From Neoechinorhynchus agilis (lineage: Eukaryota > Animalia > Acanthocephala): a stretch of DNA of 64,000 nucleotides. The stretch is from NCBI GenBank assembly GCA_051530055.1, contig CM121341.1:10766784-10830783 (forward strand), read 5' to 3'. Positions 13,085 to 25,138 of the stretch are shown here, piece after piece (position 1 is the first letter of the stretch; every line of letters starts with the position of its first letter). The notes below the pieces were generated by a model. The model had not been told where the DNA came from and did not search any database. It saw only the letters and a program-made list of their open reading frames with translations. A program made the position numbers and the translations under genes.

Positions 13085-13500
13085 CAATTCGAATTTTTCG
13101 AAAGCTTCTTTAGTTTGAAGTACTTTCTGCTTTTCGATCAATCGTACAACTCGAAAGTAAGAATTAGAAGAAGATTGATTTTTCAATAATTCTATCCTTC
13201 TAAAAAAGATGATTCTCTGACGATAATAAAACGTAAAGTAAATAAATGAATATGTCGACGTTATACGATTGACGCTAAAGAAAAAAACCGTGCTTCTTCC
13301 GTATTTACACCGTTTTCATTCTCAACGTCGAATCGAGTGCGCGCTCCGTTTCACCATTTTTATGCAACGGCGTCGATGTGCTCTTCCAAGTGACTTAAAG
13401 TGAGATCGAGCATTTCGACTGCTTAAAGTCCGAGTTGTTAATGTTCTAATGAAAAGGTAATCCATCTTATAATTTTCATGCAATTACGATAATTTTTTTA
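13085..13500 (+). repeat. Unclassified dispersed repeat, copy 1 (other copy ~51970-52445)
   Basis: CAATTCGAATTT..CGAAAGCTTCTTT and a ~285-bp near-identical block starting GACGATAATAAAACGTAAAG and ending ATGCAATTACG.TAATTTTTTT occur at both sites. Confidence 0.85.
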
Positions 13501-14417
13501 AATGTGGAAATCTTCTTGTCTCCTTGTTGGTTTTTTCGGCTTTTTTGTAAATTCGATTCGTTTCAATGTTTCTGAGCCTTTTCGTGCGCTGCGATTTGTT
13601 GAGTTCGCTTTGGATTTAAGCGCTTGGTTTCTCTTTTGGTTGTCTTCGGGTCAAGTATTCTGCTGTGTTCCATTATAATCTTCAATATGCCACTAGGTAT
13701 TCACTAGCGTTTTTTGTTTGTTCTTTACTCCTTTATGGTGTTAACTTGTCATTTGGTAAACATTCGTTTCAGAGCTACTTTCTTGCAGGTATTCTAGCTC
13801 AGTGTATATATTATTCAAGGTAAAAAATTATAGTACCCTCGCATAGCGTTAAGAAGGACGCCTATAACTCTAGATACGGTTTCGCTTCCTGTCACCTCAA
13901 CTAAATTGGTTAGAAGTAGCAATTGTACACTTGGTGCATCAGCGTCTTGTCTTTTGCTCTGTTTCGCGTGCCTGAACTGAGCCCTGCAAACATTTTCTCG
14001 CTTGCCCCGCAGATGAATCTTCTAAGAAACGGGCTAACCTGCAGGAGTGACTTTGCGCCATCCACATGCTCGTTGCTGCCTTCTGGAGGAATGCGATCTT
14101 CTTGTTGTCATTGAATCACCTCAGGTTTACTAGCCTCGGCCACTCTGCAACCATGCAGTGGACCAGTACACTCAGTTCTACCATCTTATGGTGCTGATTG
14201 TAGGAACTGAAGTCGTATGAAACTGCCCATCCATGGGACCCTTTCCAGTGTTTTCCCGTGCAAGCCAACACGTCTTCTAGCTGTGATTTTTACAACCAAA
14301 TGTTAGTTAGAGAATTTTATATACTTCTTTAGCACTACGTCCGACCCTGTTAAAACAATCTGCGATTGCAATGATAGTTTTGGGCTTATTTGACCGGAAA
14401 CACGTATGTGCCACATT

Positions 14418-14860
14418 TAGATTCATTAAAGGTTCAACCAATTGGCAAAGCTCTTTATTAGTTACAAACACGTTTTATTGATTAAGAAGAACGATCCATA
14501 CACTTGCCAGCATCCACCTTTGCTGAAGTTGTCTGGATGTCGGATGTTGAGGCAGGGAGGTGGGATTTGCCTTTGGAGTTTTACAGGAGAATGTCCGATT
14601 GGGAGTTTTTCCTTGTTCTCCGGTTGTTAAGGAAAGATTGGGTTTGGGGGAGGAAGGATTTTTGGTGGAGAGTGGTACGAGGGAGAGCACATCTTTCCAG
14701 GAGCACACTGGAGAAATCAATGTCCTTATTATTCATGAATTTTGTGCCCAGTTGCTTTGTCAAATAATGCCGATTATCTTGATTTGATGTTATCAATTGC
14801 AGGATATGAGGAGTGGCGACCTTAGCGGAACGAACGATTTCGTATACAAGATTGAAAAAT
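14418..14860 (+). repeat. LINE-derived fragment also found at ~44160-44370, interrupted here by extra sequence
   Basis: Shared TTAGATTCATTAAAGGTTCAACCAAT and CCCAGTTGCTTTG.CAAATAATGCCGA.TATCTTGA.TTGATGTTATCA.TTGCAGGATA blocks. Confidence 0.65.
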
Positions 14861-15879
14861 ATCTACCTATAGGGTAATCATCGAATCTGAGAAAGTTAAC
14901 GTCGTAACTAAGTTTACTTTTTGAGCCTATAAATTGTTCAGACAGTAGCACAAAGAATTTTTATAATATGTCTTACTATTTCGAAGTGCAGGTTGTGTCT
15001 AATCAGTGGAACTCTCTATAAAATATTTGAGGAATTTCGCGGTCTTAAAAATGAAAATAACAAACATTGCCAATGAGTAATATGAGCTTTGTTATAAAAT
15101 CAAAGCTTGCGATTGCAAGTTAAAATAGGCACCAGCTGTATTCTGGACCAAAAATACATCGTATTCGCTAACACCCGTTAGGGAATTAACTCACATTTGT
15201 TAATATTTCAAGCTGTGGGTTTAGTATAGTTTCGGCAAACTAACGGCCTTCATATACAAAAACTACGAAATCGCGTTCTAATATCGAATTATTATTTATT
15301 ATTATTCATATGCCTCTTTCAAACACACACAAATCAGTTCTCCAATTCTTAAGTTTATGAGATCCAGCATCTCCCGGGCCTAGGACAACTGTGAGTTGAA
15401 GGACTATTAACCATGCTGTCGATTATATCATTTCGATTTAACTTGGTTGCTGCGTTTAGTACGAGTGTCATTATCGGCGATATTATCGCTTCCGAACATC
15501 CAACATTGCAATCAATCTTCACAATTTGCTGGCGCAATGCATTAACCATATTCTCTGGTTCGATAAAACTACTGGCTTCTTAGCCACACTTCTATGCTCA
15601 AACAATGTTGCAATGAAATCGTATAGAACGTTCATTACTGTCTTCCTTGGCTTATATTCTACGAAATTATCAACGATGTACCTATAAATGCGGTCCACGT
15701 ATAAAACGAGAAAATTTATTTACGACAACGAGTCCTTCGTTTGATGCATAAACTCAGGCAACCTCCGAAATAAAACATTTGGAATCCCACAAGTTTCTTT
15801 TGAGTCCAGCTCTTTTCGCAAATCACGATTGAAAATCTCTATGTAAAACGGCATCAGGCTTCCATTGTTGCAAACTATC

Positions 15880-16420
15880 GCCAAATTCAAAATACAACGC
15901 CTGATAACTCTATTTTCTAGCCTTTTTCCGATTTGGAGGCATTGTCGGCTGTTGAGGACTTTTGCTTCCACTTGTTCCGATCGAGATCCCGGTTTGGGTG
16001 CAGCTTCGATTCTCTATGGTCCACGTGTGGGGTGTCTAATCAGCGTTGCTTTGGTCTCCCCTTGGGCGCCTTCCATCAACTTCGACTGTCAATTTTTTCT
16101 TCGTAACGGAGGTCACATTGGCACGCAGCGAATGACCGTACCATCTCAGCCGGGCCTCGCGCATTTTGTCCTTGATCGGCACAACACCGAAGCGATTTCG
16201 AATGTCGTCGTTCTTGACATGGTCGGTCAATGTTGCGCCGCTCATCCACCTTGGTATCTTTGTCTCCATGACGCTCCGAAGATGTTCGCCGTGCTTGGTG
16301 ATTGGTCAGCATTCGGCTCCATAGAGGGCCACGGGCGAACTACTGAGCGATAAATTCTCCACTTGAAGTGCGTCTTGATTCGCCGATCGTACAGAACGCC
16401 AGTTGCTGACCGCCATTTCA
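15880..16420 (-). mobile_element. RTE-clade LINE, 3' ORF2 fragment
   Basis: LYGAECWPITK...METKIPRWMSGATLTDHVKNDDIRNRFGVVPIKDKMREARLRWYGHSLR...GRRPRG is a typical RTE post-RT region. Confidence 0.85.
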
Positions 16421-17339
16421 TCCACTTTGCCCTGATTCTTTTTGTTATTTAACACTTTAAATCGCCGTCATTTGATATTGTTGACCCTAAGTATTTTAAA
16501 TGGTCAACGCACGCGGCAAATCGATTTTGTCTATCTTGAGTGTTCATTTCGTTTGTCGATCGGTTTTTAGATACTGTGTTTTCGTCAGGTTCATTTTTAA
16601 ACCGAATCTCGCCAATCTGTCTCTCCATACTTGTGTCGTGAATGAGGCTTCTGCTTTGCCCATAAGTTGTATTTTTAATGCTTTTTTTATTTATTTAAGT
16701 ACGCAGCATATAAATTCGCTCAAAACAACAGAGTTATGTATTCCAAGTGATTCCATCTTATTCTCGTTGTAAATATTCCTGACTCTTCCGTTTGGCTGAT
16801 CTCGAAGCCGAAGAGACCAGGATTAAGTAACAAAACAATGAGATAACAAAAGGAATATCTCCCGCGAGATATTCGGGCACGCTCTGCAGTCTTATAAGTG
16901 TTAGATGCTTCATAACCGTTTTTATTATTTTTATGAACCGCACCCTCACTCCACGCCACATACATACAAATAGCTGCACGATATGACTATCAACCGATCG
17001 ATATTAGTTAATACGCAACAATAAGAATCGGGATATCCCTCCCCAAATTCTGACTGAATGGTAGCGGCCAAATAACAAATGGTTTGGGATATACAAATTA
17101 TGAATAGTTCTGTGTCCTTGTTTTGTAAAAGATTTTTTTAATATCGTATGAATTCAATTTGTGGATTACCTCTAAAATCGATTTAGTATCCGAGATACTT
17201 ACCTTCTTGATCATTGCTCCATCTCTATTCACCATTCGTATATCTTGCCAGCTGGCATTGATAAACCATTCTTTAATGTTGGTTAAAAAAGTCTTCGGTT
17301 TTTAATAGAGCAAGCATTGGTTAAATCATTTTCGCATAG

Positions 17340-17640
17340 TAGCGTAGTGAGTTTTGCTCTCAAACTCAGCGTCTTTGTTAAGGGGATAATTAAAGTTTTT
17401 TGTCTATTTACAGCGAGATTTGCTGACTTTGAAATGCAATCTAAGTTAATAAGATCTCCAATAAGATTGATAAGCTTTTCCCTTTTTTATTGAAAATTAA
17501 GAAAAATGAATCATGCGCATAGGCCCAATATTTACAATATTTTGTGTTTAATTGTTTTAAAATTTTAATCATTCCTATAAGGAAAAGAGTACACCATATT
17601 TCGAGTAAAAAATTATCCAATAAAATACGATTTTGATTCA
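17340..17640 (-). mobile_element. RT fragment of the divergent LINE group seen at 61640-64000
   Basis: [10 protein letters not shown] (YADD-like) and IIPLTKTL, matching YADDIFLF and FIPLTKTL in the 61814-63940 ORF. Confidence 0.55.
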
Positions 17641-17679
17641 AATAAAAATTGGGTTTGTTTTTTAGGGATCCGTCGGGAC

Positions 17680-18150
17680 GCTTACCATCCGAGCGACAGA
17701 GGTGATTGGGCTCCAGGATGGTTGGAACGTGGATCGAGTTCAGAGCTCTGCTAATGATCGCGTTGAGCTCTGCGTGCCTAGGAAACGACCGCTCGATCTC
17801 TTGCAGTAGAGTCCATGTCTCCCGAGCACGTCAACTTTTATTCCACATCGGCACTGGTGTGGGGCACAGGTTGGAAGTCCTAAACGTAGAGCGACGGCTA
17901 TTCGAACTGTCTCGTCGTCCAGCAAAGTTCCCAAAGTACCAATTGGCAAAACGTTCAACCATGCGCCTGACTCATTCGAGGAACTGGTCACAAGTCTAGC
18001 TTGAGACATCTCGTCCATCTGGCCTTTTAGTTTGTTGTGAGCCGTCAGGATTAAGGGTTTATCCCAAGCAGATTGTTCGAGCGCGTTGGTTGGAGCTTGT
18101 TGCAGACCGGTCTGCGAGAGCCATGATGTGACTCCCTGAGAGAAATTTAA
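17680..18150 (-). mobile_element. CRE-like RLE non-LTR retrotransposon fragment
   Basis: ARLVTSSSNESGAWLNVLPIGTLGTLLDDETVRIAVALRLGLPTCAPHQCRCG...GRHGLYC is paralogous to the 20397-21660 ORF. Confidence 0.85.
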
Positions 18151-18900
18151 TAGTTTTAACTTGGAATTTTTGTTCAAACATAGAAAGGCCCTCCTGATTC
18201 ATATTTGGAATATTGAAAACAAGCAGCGAAGTTTTACGCGAAATATCCGCAAAATCCACCTGACAATCTTTTAACATTTTAGAAAAATCTCCACGCCCTT
18301 CATAACTTACGAATGCTATTAAGTGAGCCCATTTTGTTGAGAAATATTTTTTGATCTGATAAATTTTTACACTTCCCCATTTTTTTTGGTGATACTTAAT
18401 TAGTAAGGTAATGTTTAACCACCTCGCTTAGAAAGGCACTTTTTAAATTTTCCTTTTTAATACGAAGAATAAATTCCTCTTTGAGTCTCCGGAATTTCGG
18501 CGTAAACTCCTGATGGACATCAACTGAGACTTAATAATTGAATGAGGAGTCATTATTATTCACAACTTTAGTTAAACTATGTATGTTTTCAAACCTTGGA
18601 GCATTGGAAGAGTTTAACCCATCCTTGTCTAAACTAACAACTTGCGTGTGGGGGGCCGAAAACCCATTATTGTTTAGGAAAACCACACTGGTCTTATCAA
18701 CAAAACTCTGGGGGGTAGGACACCCATTACTCAAAACCACATCGAGAGGAATACCAACATACCCATCCCTGAGACCCTCCGAACTAACGTTGTCATTGAC
18801 CACCGGATTAGTTTTGCGTTTTTCAAAAGGATCAGGAGGCCTCAAATCATGGGATTTGATTTGACGCCTAGCAGTTGAATTTTTGCGCGACATATTACAG
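18150..18900 (-). mobile_element. ORF1 5' fragment of a relative of the 25-kb LINE
   Basis: DISRKTSLLVFNIPNMNQEGLSMFEQKFQVKTIKFL aligns to NISRKVSVLVLNPPPNMSKDEFILFQNTFGIVPIKYL of ORF 25139-25966. Confidence 0.7.
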
Positions 18901-18910
18901 CAAATTTTAA

Positions 18911-19580
18911 TGCTTTACTCCACCTCTGCACACTCGAAGGTGCATGCGCACACATATAAATCAATAATTATGCGTGCACATGGATCGATGGTCACCACAT
19001 CTTCTCCCCCACAGAAAATCGTCATAAGGTAATTTGGGCTTCCGCCGTATTCGATCACTACGCCTTGGTTGGATCGGTACCTGGCTGATCACTTCTTGGT
19101 CCTCGACGCGTGTTCCACCCTCTTCGTTCGTCGCTTTGTTAGGACGCATTACCTCAGTAACAGGAACGTTCTCGCCTACTCGGAAAATGTTCAAATTATT
19201 AGCTTCCACCAACGACCAAGCCATATTGGATGCATAGAACTTCGTACCGATATCGTAACTTTCCAGCCTATCCTCTTCAAGGTTAGAAACTCCGAGTGAA
19301 ACTCTGTCTCTATACTCCTTTTGGGGACAGTAACTGGAATTCATTAGATCACCAACGAGTCGACTGATTTTACACAATGTATCAATGGTTCGATGGTTGG
19401 CATCCGTTTCAAGCGGGTCGCGAGTCCATCTCGCAAAAGCCCAGGCCAGCGGATGAGCAGAATGAATCGATATACCCCGATTCCCCGTAGTGCTACTATA
19501 AGCATAGATATCGCTCACCGTTCCAACTCTTCGATGACCCGTATTTGGCACTCTGAAGGCTATCTGGCCGACATCCAACT
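18911..19580 (-). mobile_element. Ty3/gypsy 3' end with PPT and short 3' LTR
   Basis: ORF ends RRSDRIRRKPKLPYDDF, a typical pol tail; purine tract GGGGGAGAAGA (19010-19000) is immediately followed by TG (18999). The LTR 3' end is uncertain. Confidence 0.6.
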
Positions 19581-19639
19581 GTCGATAGAAAGGCTTCGAG
19601 AGACCGGGCAGCTAATAAGGATTAGGTGGAAATTGTTCA

Positions 19640-20160
19640 CTATAACGCTTTCCTTCCGACCATAGACATCATATCAAGCTGGATCAAAGGGTAGAAGTAC
19701 AGTCCGCTGTTGAAGTCCCAGTTAAACCGGACCCCCGAAGCGAAAGGTACATCTAACCTTCTCAGAAGGGGATGAGCGTACGAGTTATTCGCAGCACAAA
19801 TGAACGAATAGATGTTTTCTTGCAGTGTAATCGATTCATATGTCTCGCCCATGTGAGATCCCGCGGGAAGCGTCAGACCGAAAACGTCATAAGGGAAACC
19901 TCCCACTTCGCTTTTCCGGCAGAAGATGAACCTTTCGACTGTCCGAGCACCGTCCTCCATAGTCACCACGATCACATAAAACGTGGGAGCCGTCCGTACC
20001 CCGAAGGTGTCCAAGAGCATGTGGTACGAATAAGTACCTTCTGACTCAACAGCATAGTTCTCACAAATAGGGATGGGATTCCATGGTGTGCGGACTAGTA
20101 AGCATATTTGTTCCGGTGGATCCGCGAACTTCCTGAGACGCAAAGCAACAACATAACGAT
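19640..20160 (-). CDS. Unknown ~170-aa protein, copy 1 (copy 2 at 50843-51367)
   Basis: Open frame LRLRKFADPPEQICLLVRTPW...YPLIQLDMMSMVGRKAL, almost identical in both copies; lies in a duplicated block ~19603-20390 / ~50808-51595. Confidence 0.5.
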
Positions 20161-20396
20161 CTAACGAATGGCTGCGCTGTGCACCGCCCTCTTCCCATAC
20201 TGCCCGATCGCTAGCTATCCTCTCAAAGCAATCCGTTACATTAAGTTAAGTACAAACGACCTCAGACGGCACACTGTGCCAAAAACCTGTAGACAGTGCC
20301 TCCCACGACGATCGTTACAGCAGGGGCGGGATAGTGAGGGCTGGTTCCTCATCTACTGAAAGTAGCTCCCTTAATGGCGTGAAATTGGAAATGGGA

Positions 20397-21660
20397 TTAC
20401 ACACTCACCACCTCCCGCCGAATTCCAGCTTTTGTCCTTCCTCGACCGTCGCCATCACGCTGGCAGCATTGCCTCGTTGTACTGCCAGCGAGATATTTTG
20501 CCGAAGGAATACGCCTGCTCTTGAGTCTCCGGTTGCCTCTCTCAATTTCTTCGAGAGATCCTGGAGCAGAGAGAGTGCCGAGCTGCCGAGCGCTCCATAC
20601 GTCTCTACCCCAAAGGGGACAAAACTGAATATATTTCCGTATTTTCCTCCCTTCCGCTGCACTGGTGGCACCACCGGCGACTTCGAGAGAGAAGGGAATG
20701 TTGTTTACTACGAGGGTGCCCACACACGTGGCGTCCCAGAGAAGGCATTTGCCCTCGCGCCACGGAAAGACCGAAATTCCGTCAGCTCGACGACCGTCTA
20801 GTCTACAGAGGTGGGCGGGTTCCAAGATGTTGAGGATGTTAACCGTTCTCAGCGCCCAAGAAATTACGCTATTGATCTCAGAATGGCGTGGGAACCTTCC
20901 TCCTGACTTTCGGCAAACGAGACCGTGTCGCCAGAGAGCACCAACCAAAGACCCACATCGACAGCGATGGGGCGTGCATATCGGGAGACCAAATCTTAAG
21001 GATACTGCGATCCTCGTTACCTCGTCAGTAAGAAGAGTTCCCACTGATGCCAGAGGTACAGCCTCCAACCACGCCCCAGATTCTCGTGTTGAAACTGCCA
21101 ACAGTCTAGCTCGGACGACCCCATCGCGAGAACCTGAAAGTAGAGAGCTGTGAGCTCTCGCGACAAGAGGTCCGTCCCAGATCGACTGTCTGAAGCCATT
21201 CACTGGAACATGGTTAGCGCCTGTCTGCTGGCACCATTCCTCAACCGCCACCACGAAATCCCGGTCAAGACAGAACTTTTCCTTCAAAATGTTCTTCGAG
21301 ACTGGTAGGCTCCCCTCAAAAGATCCAAGAAAGGCCGGCAAAGCAAGGTCCACTAGTGCCCGAATTCCCAATCCCCCAGATGACACAGGCAAAGAAGCTT
21401 GTCGCCACGCCTCATCTGAGAGCTGGACATTTAAAATACGCTCGAGGCATGCCCTCACCTTATCGTCCAGCTCTGCCAATCCTTTTTTGTGTTTGAAAAA
21501 TGTTGCTGTGCGAACCTTGTACAATAATTTGGGGATGAAGAGCGCGTTCTTTATGAGAAACAAGGCTTCATGAGCCGAGAGAGCGCACACCCTATCGCAC
21601 AGCAACGAAAGTTTCGGTATCATACGGCCGATCCATCTGCCACATTTGAATCGAAGACGT
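20397..21660 (-). mobile_element. 5'-truncated CRE-like non-LTR retrotransposon (post-RT region, Zn finger, restriction-like endonuclease)
   Basis: WRQASLPVSSGGLGIR, HRCRCG..HGLVC..RHSEINSVI, EP..DGRRADG..PWREGKCLLWDATC and, after a frameshift, KY..FVPFGVETYGALG..QNISLAVQRGNAASV. The first ~55 aa of the listed ORF derive from the adjacent LINE, since the same DNA is at 32036-32125. Confidence 0.85.
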
Positions 21661-21661
21661 G

Positions 21662-23400
21662 GCTGCAATTCGCCAACATTGGGAGCAGTAGGGAGCCAAG
21701 GTACTAATCCTACGGAAATCGCAAGCCAGCTGAAATCAAGTCCGGCATGGCCAATAAAGAGAAGACTAAAACTGAGCTGCCGCCTCATTACCTTCGGAAC
21801 GAGCCACGAAAAATTGTTTCCCAGCATAATTTCAGAAGACAGGGTTTAGTCGTTGCGAAATTGGACATAGAGACGATTGTCAGGAACGCGTTACTTGCTT
21901 CCGCTAGGTGATCGTTTATTTCGTAATGAGATAATGATTGCCCGCTTTTAAGAAATATGATAGTAGCCAAATTAAAGAATTGAATATTATGCGCATCTAA
22001 TTTGAATTTCCTCTTCAGTAGGAGGTTTTTAGAGAGGTTCCATAGAACCGAATCATGCCCACAAATCTTGAAAAAAGAGGTTTGTAAGGAAACTACTGGA
22101 CTCAGATGCAAGCCTTTCTTTGCAATGCATAAATCTAAGTATAAACTATCGCTGGCATGAGAGAAAGTTGGAAAACGAGGGCAAATAAGCTCGTGGTGAT
22201 CTGTGGTACGCGAGACCGCTCGAATCCACTTCCCAGAGGGGTCATTAAAATCCCCGAATAAAAGATCAGCCCCCGAGAGCAATAAACCATTCAGTACTTC
22301 TTTGTTATCTCTAAGGTGGATTAGCCTAGGTCGAACATAGACATTTGCTACTAATATTTTTACACCATCGTGTAATAATGAGAACAGGGCGTAAGATAGA
22401 TCCGAACTAATGAAGTTACTGATAATAACCGGAAAAAGATTGGTTCTGAAGATTGACAAAAGGCCCTGGGAAAGCAGCTTAGATGGAGGAGTAATGAATG
22501 TGGAGAAATTCGAGCCGAGCTGAGCGATAGATTCGGGCAAATCGAACGAGCGATAGGCGCATTTGGTTTATTGAATGAAGATTACTTCGGCATTATGGGC
22601 TACGGGGGCTATATTGGGCAAACCAGATCGACCGCCTGCGTTCCACTGCACCAACCTTAGTTCTGTCATAAGACAGGTCTCCTCTTTTTGATTAAGTCCG
22701 AGATACCCTCGGCGCAAATTTTTCCCTGCTCATCGATTATTTGTCGCACGAAGAATATCGTCATCGTTCATGTCGACTACTTCGGTTAAACCAACAGATT
22801 CGGGCGATTGATCCATAGGTCTTTTGGCAACTGAAGGTGTACCTTCGATCGATGCTTGATTCATTCGATTAAAGCTCTGTTGAATGGTTGAGCTGAGGAG
22901 ACTCAAATGCTTCCCAATGCATGTTTCCAAATTGCGGATGGCAGTTGCGATTCTCCGATCAACCATCTTCAGTAGATTCACCGAGAAATCATTCAGAATC
23001 CGGTCGAGGTTTGGAGAACTATGGCCGATCGTTGTGTCTGAGTGATTGGTCGGAGGATGAAGGACAAAACTTGTAAGTGACCTCAATGGCCAATTAGTGG
23101 ATATGGATTTCAAGAAGAGCTCTTAAACTTGGACTCTGCTATCATGATACCAAAAGGATTTGGAACTCTTGGGCAATCTCGGGCCTAGTTTTTTACTCTA
23201 GAAGAAGACCCTCGAATAACGATTAAAGTACATTATCACTTTCCTAGAGGCTCTGGGCAAACTCCCTTACTTCTGGAAACAAGCGCTTAAATGGACAGCG
23301 ATGATATAACTTTATTACAATCGAATTATAATTATTCCTACACATAAATTATGTCGGTTAATCATCCAATGTCTTCCTTCAAATAAATCTTATGTTTGCA
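21662..23400 (-). mobile_element. LINE family B, 5' part (ORF1 + APE), 3' side replaced by the CRE element
   Basis: Inverted copy of ~30600-32125; APE motifs LVQWNAGG, ILVANVYVRP, DLLFGDFN, FPTFSH..LDLCIAK..GHDSV. Confidence 0.85.
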
Positions 23401-24430
23401 TCAGGAGCAGAGCCTCGTGTTAGGATAATTCATTAGTTCGTTCACACAGCACCGAAACCTGCAGTTGAAGATTGGCAATCTCTTTTTTTTGCACATTTGA
23501 GTCAAAAATAGAGCTTCCTAGAAGGTGTAACAGGTGTAGAGTTATCTCGCAGGATTCAGTTCAATGCCAATTTTCGTGACTAAGTAATCAAGCTATTGCA
23601 ATTATAAATTTTATTAGCAACGTTAGACGTCTAAAATCCAATTCGTTAGGACGCAACGTAGTGACCAAAGTTTAAGTTTTGATGAAATCCGATTTAAATC
23701 GGTAATAGAATTTGCTAGTTAAAAATCTCGTAGACTACTGGGATTTGGAATTTACTTTATTTCTCGTGAAAAATACTGAAGCCAATCCCCTGCACATATC
23801 TTTTGCTTTTTTAATTAAAACAGCGCTTTAGAGTGGCCAACTAATTCTTTGGGTTCACTCGAATACGGACATTTGCTGATAAATACCGTAATTTGCCGGA
23901 AAACAAATCGAGTTGTTTACAAAACATTTCAATGTTACGCTCTAATTATTTATTTATGTTACGCCTATTTTCCCGGTTGATGGGTTCTTAGACTCACAAT
24001 CCCTCGCCGATGCACTTTTGTAATCCTTATTTGGTGCTATATCCGCCTTCAATGACAAACGTTACGATGCCGGAGGTCCTTACTCATCCGAGACCATACT
24101 TCCATCCTTGTGATCAACAATATTCATTTCAAGCGATGCCACAATTTAATTACAAAATCCAAGCGAATCAACAAAACAATTTTGCGCCAAGAGTCTTCAA
24201 TGGGTTCGTGAATTCCAGTCTCATTGGACTTTGTTTGCAGTTTTATAAGGGTATATTCGTCGATCTTTTGAAAAAGGAGGAACTTTGCATTCATTATCTC
24301 CTTGAAGTTGCTCACAATTCTAGAATACTCGGTACGGCGGAAGGTAATAAAAATGCCGATATTATTACAAAATACGTTAACGACTACTGCGATCGGAGCG
24401 CAAATCGCTTTAACGAAAATAATGACGAGA
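21662..24430. repeat. Left arm (a1) of a ~2.7-kb inverted repeat; right arm (a2) ~29548-32125
   Basis: ORFs 22730-23113(-)/30865-31311(+) and 24010-24441(+)/29422-29970(-) are near-identical mirror pairs; intervening non-coding DNA also matches. Confidence 0.9.
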
Positions 24431-24441
24431 ATCCAAGATGA
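24010..24441 (+). CDS. Unknown multicopy ORF 'X', copy a1 (also 29422-29970 -, 36214-36762 +, 41741-42151 -)
   Basis: ATG-started ORF MHFCNP...PRVFNGFVNSSLIGLCLQFYKGIFVDLLKKEELC.HYLLEVAHN, open in all four copies; no TE motif recognised. Confidence 0.5.
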   Translation: MHFCNPYLVLYPPSMTNVTMPEVLTHPRPYFHPCDQQYSFQAMPQFNYKIQANQQNNFAPRVFNGFVNSSLIGLCLQFYKGIFVDLLKKEELCIHYLLEVAHNSRILGTAEGNKNADIITKYVNDYCDRSANRFNENNDENPR

Positions 24442-25138
24442 AAAAAGCACCACAGTAGAAGACGCAATAGACAAGGACGGTCGACCGAGAGTGGAAATTG
24501 AACGAAATACAGTAATCGATAGGCGTGATAGTTTCATAATTTTTTCTAAAATAAAGCATAGTCGCAATTTTAGTATGTATGGCGGTACCATGTTGAAAGA
24601 TTTATTTCGCAGACGACTCTCGGATCCTCGAATCAAGTAAGCATTGCACATGAGTATCTCGGATCATCAAGTAAGATAAAAATTGAAATCGGTAAGCGTT
24701 AACTAGGAAAAATGGCACAGACAAAAATCAAAGGTTAATATATCATCCGCCAATTTCTTGTTCATGACTATTGTACCGATGACTAGGCGAATCGTGCTCG
24801 CTACTTTATCGTCGTCAAAGTTAAAAAGTGCAACACTTTTCGTTGTTTTTAAGAGAACTGTATCGACTTTGTCTCGTTCATGATATCGGATCTTTTTTCA
24901 TTGTTTTGGAGAGTAGTGGGCTGTCGGCCCTCCATCACGGTGAATGTTCTGATTCAGTGTTCAGAGGTGTTTTTCGGTTGCCGAGAAGAAGAGATGATTT
25001 TGTGTTGAAAATTAATGAAGATGATTTAGGAGATTTAATGCAAGTGATTTAACGAAGATATATTTTTCGGAAGGTTTAAAACCTAATAACTTTAGTGGTG
25101 ACAGAAGATATCCGATTAAAAAATGTTTTAGGACCAAG

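Noticed and set aside
13920-14280. R4/NeSL-like RLE fragment on the minus strand (PMDGQF, ICG..E)
   Set aside because: Too degenerate to support as a feature.
24124-24651. Antisense and overlapping ORFs within repeats and TEs (e.g. 24124-24651, 37008-39444 set, 62838-63359)
   Set aside because: Shadows of sense-strand TE or ORF X sequence; their recurrence only reflects the duplication.
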